Of a stretch of 64,000 nt of DNA, positions 58,564 through 64,000 are shown piece by piece. The translations under genes were made by a program, and so were the position numbers. How positions within the stretch are numbered: position 1 is the stretch's first letter; each line of letters starts with the position of its first letter. The notes under the pieces are model-generated. The model made no database searches. It was not told the DNA's origin and was given only the letters and a program-made list of their open reading frames with translations. Source of the DNA: Longimicrobiales bacterium (GTDB taxonomy: Bacteria; Gemmatimonadota; Gemmatimonadetes; Longimicrobiales; Gaopeijiaceae); the NCBI GenBank assembly GCA_965248195.1, contig CBDFIQ010000001.1, forward strand, positions 1,152,001 to 1,216,000, read 5' to 3'.

Positions 58564-59684
58564 GCCGATTTCCCCCATGCCCATTCCCGCATACGCGAAG
58601 ACCAACGCTCAGGCAGGGTCATATCGAGCAAGCTCTCAATCAGAATGAGGACGAGCGCCCCCAGGCCCAGAAGGAAGGGGAGGTCGTAACGCGCCCACCC
58701 AGGAGTCTCGTCGTCGGCATTCTGTTCCGGGCTCAATCCCGATGCCTGCAGCTCTCCCGTGAGCGCCCGGAGTTGGACCCCGCTTCCGGCGTTCGCATAC
58801 CGGCCGCCGCCGGCGGCCGCCAAGTCACGAAGGGGCGGCTCCCGAAGCTGGGAGGTGCTGGGGGCCCCGGTCACGTCCAGAACCGGGCCGCCGAACTGGT
58901 ACGCGCTGGCGGGCATGATCATGCCCGCACCTTGCTCCGTACCAACACCGATCGTGTGAATCCCGATCCCGGCTTCCAGGGCCATCTCGACCGCTCGCGA
59001 CACGTCCTCGTCGTTCTCGCGTGCCTCGCCGTCGGTGAGCAGCACGATGAACCGCTCCCCCTCCCGCTCCTGAGCCACCGCATCGGTGCCGACCGCCGGC
59101 CCGCTCGTCTCGACAGCCAGAGGCACTAGGCGCTCGAGGAGCGAGACCGCCTCTCCGATTCCAGCCGACAGGAGCGACCCCGGGTCGTACGCACTCGCCA
59201 TCGTCGGCGTCACACCCTCCAGGAGAAAACGAAGGGCCCGGTGGTCGTGGGTAGGTGGAGCGATGGAATATCCAGTCCCCGCGAAGAGAATGAGCCCCAC
59301 CCGGTGATCTTCGAGGGCCTCGAGCAACTCGCCCGCGACTTCCACGGCCCGCGCTAGCCTGGTTGGAGTCACATCGGCTGCCTGCATCGACGCCGATACG
59401 TCGATCCCCAGAATCACGCTGTTCACCGGTGGCAGCTCGGGAGATCCCGACCAGTGCGGCTCCGCGGCTGCGGCGGCGAGTGCCAATCCGCCGATCCCCA
59501 GCAGAAGAGCCCGTTCAACCCGGAGCCGGTACAGGTCGGACCGAGAGAGCCGATGGACCGCCCGTTGTCCACCGATGAAATCGGCCAGCTGGCGTCGGCG
59601 CCCCGCGTGGCTCCAGAGACCGACGAGGACGAGTGCGGTCAGCCCCACTCCGACCTGGAGGAACCACGGATCCAGAAACGTCAT
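58560..59684 (-). CDS. VWA domain protein, BatB-like
   Basis: DVSASM, PTRL, VGLILFAG, LLTDGE, IHTIGVGT. Confidence 0.85.
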   Translation of the reverse strand: MTFLDPWFLQVGVGLTALVLVGLWSHAGRRRQLADFIGGQRAVHRLSRSDLYRLRVERALLLGIGGLALAAAAAEPHWSGSPELPPVNSVILGIDVSASMQAADVTPTRLARAVEVAGELLEALEDHRVGLILFAGTGYSIAPPTHDHRALRFLLEGVTPTMASAYDPGSLLSAGIGEAVSLLERLVPLAVETSGPAVGTDAVAQEREGERFIVLLTDGEARENDEDVSRAVEMALEAGIGIHTIGVGTEQGAGMIMPASAYQFGGPVLDVTGAPSTSQLREPPLRDLAAAGGGRYANAGSGVQLRALTGELQASGLSPEQNADDETPGWARYDLPFLLGLGALVLILIESLLDMTLPERWSSRMREWAWGKSA

Positions 59685-60676
59685 GGGACCAGCCCCCATC
59701 GAGATCCACGGAGCAAAAGTTGCGCCGCCAACAGGCCCAAGCCCAAGAAGAAGAACCAGTGGCGGACGGAGTAAGACACGTCCCGCTCGACGAGCCGCTG
59801 GACCTGTGGTTCGATCTGGTCGATCACACGGTAGATCGAATCGAGCGCAACCGGGTTCGACGCGCGGAAGTACTGTCCGCCGGTCAGGCCCGCCAGGCCC
59901 TGGAGCACAGTCTCCCTCTCCGCATCCGACTCCGCGACGACTCGCCGTCTCATCGTAGCGCCGGGGGCGAGAGGTGCGTCTTCCGGTGAGAGAATGCTGA
60001 TGGAATGGATCCGGACGCCCAGGGCTGCAGCAGCACGGGCTGTCGCAAGGGGAGGCAACTCGATGCCGTTGTGGGCGCCATCCGTCAGTAGCACCACGAC
60101 CCTGGGTTCGCGATCGGACTTGAGGAGCCGCGAGATCGTTGTCAGGACGGCGCCCGAAATATTGGTGCCGTCGCGAACGAGTTGTACCTCCAGCGACTCG
60201 ACACCCTGAGCCACCAATTCGGGATCCGTGGTGGCTGCGACCCTCGTGACGGCCTCCATCCCGAAGCCGATTAGGCTCATCTCATCGTAGGGACGCCCTC
60301 GGGCGAAGCGAACGGCCGCCTCTCGAGCCATGGCAATCCGACTGATTCCGTCGCCCATGTCCGCGGCCAACATCGAGCTGGAGAGGTCGACGACCAACCC
60401 CAGACCTATTCCCTGCGTGGCAAACTCCTCAACCGTTTCGACTCGATCGGGTCCCGCGAGCGCTACCACTAAACACGCCAAAGACGCCGCTCTCAGGATC
60501 GGTTGTGCGATGCGGATCACGACCGCTCGCAGGCTAGGCCATCGTGTCGGTCCCCGCACGGGATCCCCATGCGTATACAGGACGCCCCGCCCCGCTCTCG
60601 GCCAGACGAGCAGTCCCCACAGGGGGAGCAGCCAGAGGAGATAGAGAAGTTCGGGGCGAGCGAACTCGATCCGCAT
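59681..60676 (-). CDS. VWA domain protein, BatA-like
   Basis: FARPELLYLL, ALAGP, DLSSSM, GTNI, LLTDG, GGQYFRA. Confidence 0.85.
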   Translation of the reverse strand: MRIEFARPELLYLLWLLPLWGLLVWPRAGRGVLYTHGDPVRGPTRWPSLRAVVIRIAQPILRAASLACLVVALAGPDRVETVEEFATQGIGLGLVVDLSSSMLAADMGDGISRIAMAREAAVRFARGRPYDEMSLIGFGMEAVTRVAATTDPELVAQGVESLEVQLVRDGTNISGAVLTTISRLLKSDREPRVVVLLTDGAHNGIELPPLATARAAAALGVRIHSISILSPEDAPLAPGATMRRRVVAESDAERETVLQGLAGLTGGQYFRASNPVALDSIYRVIDQIEPQVQRLVERDVSYSVRHWFFFLGLGLLAAQLLLRGSRWGLVP

Positions 60677-61692
60677 CAGTCTTGTGCCATGCCTTCGATC
60701 CAGTCGCGAATCGTCATCCAGTGGCCTTCCGCGGTTTCGGCCTCCGAGCCGTACCCTCCAAACTTCACCCGCTCGGCTACCGATACCGCCGAGCCGAGGT
60801 CCTCTACGGAGTTGGAACCCCAACGGCCCTGGAGCCTCGCCAGCAATTCGCTGCTCGTCAGGGCGATACCCCAATCCGCTTCCTCCTGCTCCGAGAAACG
60901 ACGGAGCACGCCGGTCGAAGCGTCGTAGAACTCGACCATGCGGCCCTCGGTATGCCAACCCAGACCCCGAATCCGCTCGAGCTCGCGAAGCGCCTCACCT
61001 CGCGGAGAGCGATCTCGCCCGTTTAGTTGGGCGTCGCTTCGCGTCGCCAGCCGCAGTCGGAAAATGAGGAGCAAGGCCAAGCTCACACCGCCGATGGCGG
61101 TAACGACTGCCGAGAGGAACCAGATGCTCCACTGGCCACCGAGCACATCCGCCGCCGGACGGGGGAAGAGATCGGCGGTCGCCTGGGCCATCTCCGAGAG
61201 CGGAATGATCAGGGTAGCCCCGACCGAAATCAGGCTTGGCTGGAGTTCGTCGCCGAGCACCGGCCCCACGTCCACCAAATCACCTACCGGCCTCGCACCG
61301 CCCACCTCACCAGGCCCCGCGGGCCGGGTCCATAACTCCAGCGACGGCAGTTCTACGACACCGCTCAGGAACCCCATGACCGGATAACTCGCTTGGATAT
61401 CCACGGAGTCGGCTGGGCCGGACGTCTCACTCCAGTCCCCCGACCCTGCGCTGGCCGAGGCCTCGACCGGAACCAGCGTGTCCGGAAGGAACGCGACAAC
61501 CCCCGGTCCGATCCTGACGGTGATTCGGAGGTCGAACACCTGCCCGAACTCCGGCCCCTCGGGCTCCACCGTGAACCCGACAAGTCGGGCCTCAATGGGT
61601 AGGTCCAGGGACTGCGCTCGAGCCCCGCCCGTAGCCACGGTCGCGGATAAGGCGAGGAAGAGAATCGCGGCCTTCGTTAGCGTGGAGCTCAT
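60676..61692 (-). CDS. Hypothetical membrane protein of the MoxR/Bat cluster
   Basis: Signal peptide, TM, ALRELERI, ALTSSEL, VKFG. Confidence 0.75.
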   Translation of the reverse strand: MSSTLTKAAILFLALSATVATGGARAQSLDLPIEARLVGFTVEPEGPEFGQVFDLRITVRIGPGVVAFLPDTLVPVEASASAGSGDWSETSGPADSVDIQASYPVMGFLSGVVELPSLELWTRPAGPGEVGGARPVGDLVDVGPVLGDELQPSLISVGATLIIPLSEMAQATADLFPRPAADVLGGQWSIWFLSAVVTAIGGVSLALLLIFRLRLATRSDAQLNGRDRSPRGEALRELERIRGLGWHTEGRMVEFYDASTGVLRRFSEQEEADWGIALTSSELLARLQGRWGSNSVEDLGSAVSVAERVKFGGYGSEAETAEGHWMTIRDWIEGMAQD

Positions 61693-62636
61693 CGGGGCCT
61701 GCCCCCACGCATTCGGAAGAAGCGGGTGAGAGCTGCAAGCGGATCGGAAGCGGTGTCGACGTCGAGCAGCTCGGCCCCGGCCTCGCCGATTAGGGCCGCC
61801 GTGTCCGCCCGAGCTCGGAGCGCACTACGATGATACTCCTCCCGGAGCTTCCGCTGCCCGCTGTCGAACGTGACCCTACGACCACTCTCGGGATCGTTCA
61901 TCTCGACCCATCCTACGTCCGGTAGCTCCAGCGCGGCCGCTGTCAAGAGCCGGACCGCTACCAGGTCGTGCACGGATCCCACCCTCATCAACGCGTCACG
62001 CAAGGACGACTCCGCGCTGCTCTGAATGAAGTCACTGATGACGAAGATCGTGGCTCGGCCAAGGAGGGTATCAGCGAGCCAGTGCAGCCCGGTGCTCAGG
62101 TCGGTGCCCCGCCTTTGCGGAGTGTGGCTGATCAGCTCGGTCAGCAGACGAAAGACATGCCTGCGCCCCGATCCTACAGGAACGAAGTGCTCGACTCGAT
62201 CACTCACGAGCACGAGGGAAATCCGGTCGTTGTGCCGAGTCGCTGCAAAGGCTAGCGCGGCAGCGGTCTCCCTCGCCACCTCTTGCGGACTCTTCTCGCC
62301 GGGACCGAACCTGGCCGACCCCGAGACGTCGACCAGGAGTACGACGTGGAGGTCTCGCTCCTCGATGAACTGGCGAACGAAAGGTGTGCCGGCCCGCGCC
62401 GTGACCCTCCAATCGATCATGCGGACGTCTTCGCCGGGCTGGTAAGCTCGAACGTGCGAAAACTCCATGCCCTGACCGAGAAAGACGGAATCGTACTCAC
62501 CGACGTAGAGTGAGTCCACGAATCCACGGGTGCGCAGATCGAGCCGCCGAACTTCCCGCAGCGGCTCCGGGGACGGAAGGTCGCCCGCAGGGCGCGCCAG
62601 CAGCCGAAGAGCACGCCTCGATAGGTTTCTCAACAT
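61689..62636 (-). CDS. DUF58 domain protein
   Basis: GQGMEF...RAYQPGEDVRMIDWRVTAR, EER, DVSGS, ISDF. Confidence 0.92.
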   Translation of the reverse strand: MLRNLSRRALRLLARPAGDLPSPEPLREVRRLDLRTRGFVDSLYVGEYDSVFLGQGMEFSHVRAYQPGEDVRMIDWRVTARAGTPFVRQFIEERDLHVVLLVDVSGSARFGPGEKSPQEVARETAAALAFAATRHNDRISLVLVSDRVEHFVPVGSGRRHVFRLLTELISHTPQRRGTDLSTGLHWLADTLLGRATIFVISDFIQSSAESSLRDALMRVGSVHDLVAVRLLTAAALELPDVGWVEMNDPESGRRVTFDSGQRKLREEYHRSALRARADTAALIGEAGAELLDVDTASDPLAALTRFFRMRGGRPR

Positions 62637-62658
62637 CCGCGCAGGTCTCCCAAGAGGC

Positions 62659-63693
62659 CTAGGGCGCAGGCACCGCGGCCAAGAGCCGGTCGACCAGCTC
62701 GTCGGGGTCGATCCCTTTAGCATCCGCCTCGTAGGTCGTCCGCAGGCGATGCCGGAGGACGGGGTGCGCCACACCCTTCACGTCGTCGGGAAGAACGAAA
62801 TCCCGACCCGCGAGATAGGCGTGCGCCCGCGCTGCCCGGGTCAGAAAGATGGAGGCCCGCGGTGAACCGCCGAACTCGAGTAAGGGCACGAAGTCCGGCA
62901 GACCCGCGTCAGCAGGATCCCGCGTCGCGAACACCAGATCGACGACGTACTCCTGGATCTTCCGGTCGACGTTCACGCCGTCGAGTTCGGCCCGAGCCTC
63001 CAGGATCTGTGACGCGCCTCGAGTCCCCTCATCACCCACGTCGGCGGCCGGGGCGTCGGGCGCTTCGGCCGGGCTCAGGGCGATGCGCTCGATGATCTCC
63101 CGTTCCTGATCCCGATCGGGATAACCCATTCGCAGCTTCATCATAAACCGATCGATCTGGGCTTCGGCGAGCATATAGGTGCCGTGCTGTTCGATTGGAT
63201 TCTGGGTGGCGAGAACGAAAAAAGGGTGCGGCAGGGGGTACGTCGTCCCGTCGATCGTGACATTCCCCTCCTCCATCGCCTCCAGGAGGGCGGACTGAAC
63301 TTTCGGCGGCGCCCGGTTGATTTCGTCAGCCAGCAACAGATTCGTGAACACCGGTCCCTTGTGGACGACGAACTCGCCCGTCGCCTGATGATAGACCGGG
63401 GCCCCCACCACGTCCCCTGGAAGGAGATCTGGAGTGAATTGAATGCGTCCGAACGAGGTGTGCAGGGCCCCGGCGAGAGATCGGACCAGCAGAGTTTTCG
63501 CCACTCCGGGGAACCCCTCCAGAAGGACGTGGCCACCGGTGAGGAACGCGATCAGAAGCCCTTTGAGGGTGTCTTTCTGTCCGACGACTCTCCGGTCGAC
63601 GGCCTCTTCCACCTCCCTGAGGAGTCGGTACCCTGCTGTCTCCGTGGATCCTGCTGTTCCTGTGGATCCTCCTGTTTCAATGGATATTGACAC
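62659..63693 (-). CDS. moxR: MoxR family AAA+ ATPase
   Basis: GHVLLEGFPGVAKT, RIQFTPDLLP, ADEINRAPPKVQSALLEAMEE, ATQNPIE, SPRA; start uncertain. Confidence 0.95.
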   Translation of the reverse strand: MSISIETGGSTGTAGSTETAGYRLLREVEEAVDRRVVGQKDTLKGLLIAFLTGGHVLLEGFPGVAKTLLVRSLAGALHTSFGRIQFTPDLLPGDVVGAPVYHQATGEFVVHKGPVFTNLLLADEINRAPPKVQSALLEAMEEGNVTIDGTTYPLPHPFFVLATQNPIEQHGTYMLAEAQIDRFMMKLRMGYPDRDQEREIIERIALSPAEAPDAPAADVGDEGTRGASQILEARAELDGVNVDRKIQEYVVDLVFATRDPADAGLPDFVPLLEFGGSPRASIFLTRAARAHAYLAGRDFVLPDDVKGVAHPVLRHRLRTTYEADAKGIDPDELVDRLLAAVPAP

Positions 63694-64000
63694 TTTAACC
63701 CTGGGATCTCGAGTTGGAGCTGAGCGGGCGATCGTCTCTTGCGAGAGGCGATCGTCTCTTGGGAGACGTGAGGGACGGGCTGAGCCTCCCGCGATCTCAG
63801 CGCTATGAAGTTGCACGGACGGTAGGGAACGGCCCTAGATCAGGCAAGGGCCGAAGGTGTCTCGCTCATGTGCCCCCCATGACCCCAGTTTCTAAGGGGA
63901 GGAAGGGCTGGAACCGCACTGGGCCCTCACCTATCCAAGGGCGGTCGACATTTTCCTTTACTTGATGGGTAGACGCCCGGCCGGGACATCCTCCCGGGAG

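Noticed and set aside
57832..63693. MoxR-DUF58-VWA-TPR cluster as a novel system
   Set aside because: Matches the widespread Bat-like MoxR operon layout.

Overview
GC-rich bacterial chromosomal window (gene content suggests Gemmatimonadota or a similar lineage; inference only). The left ~29 kb is mostly housekeeping: intein-containing thyX, ada, a DAK2-DegV fusion, rho, mlaEFD, trxB, fumC, nfo, a probable 6S RNA, an orphan cytochrome b, and an IS256 element with an 8-bp target duplication that splits a VOC gene. From ~29.9 to 57.7 kb most genes encode predicted exported redox or hydrolytic proteins. At its centre is an expanded two-gene family. Four secreted 'A' proteins fuse a CxxCH cytochrome c domain to a PHM/dopamine-beta-hydroxylase-like copper monooxygenase retaining all six candidate Cu ligands. 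Four secreted 'B' proteins of unknown function end in CC[WF]TNGY. Three A copies share a promoter/leader and a downstream hairpin. The fourth pair is flanked by a small exported Gly-terminated peptide gene and malate synthase G, suggesting (hypothesis) a periplasmic glyoxylate-releasing oxidation or amidation system. The window ends with a MoxR-DUF58-VWA (Bat-like) cluster. No CRISPR, rRNA or tRNA was seen. All calls come from reading motifs by eye; no database searches were run.
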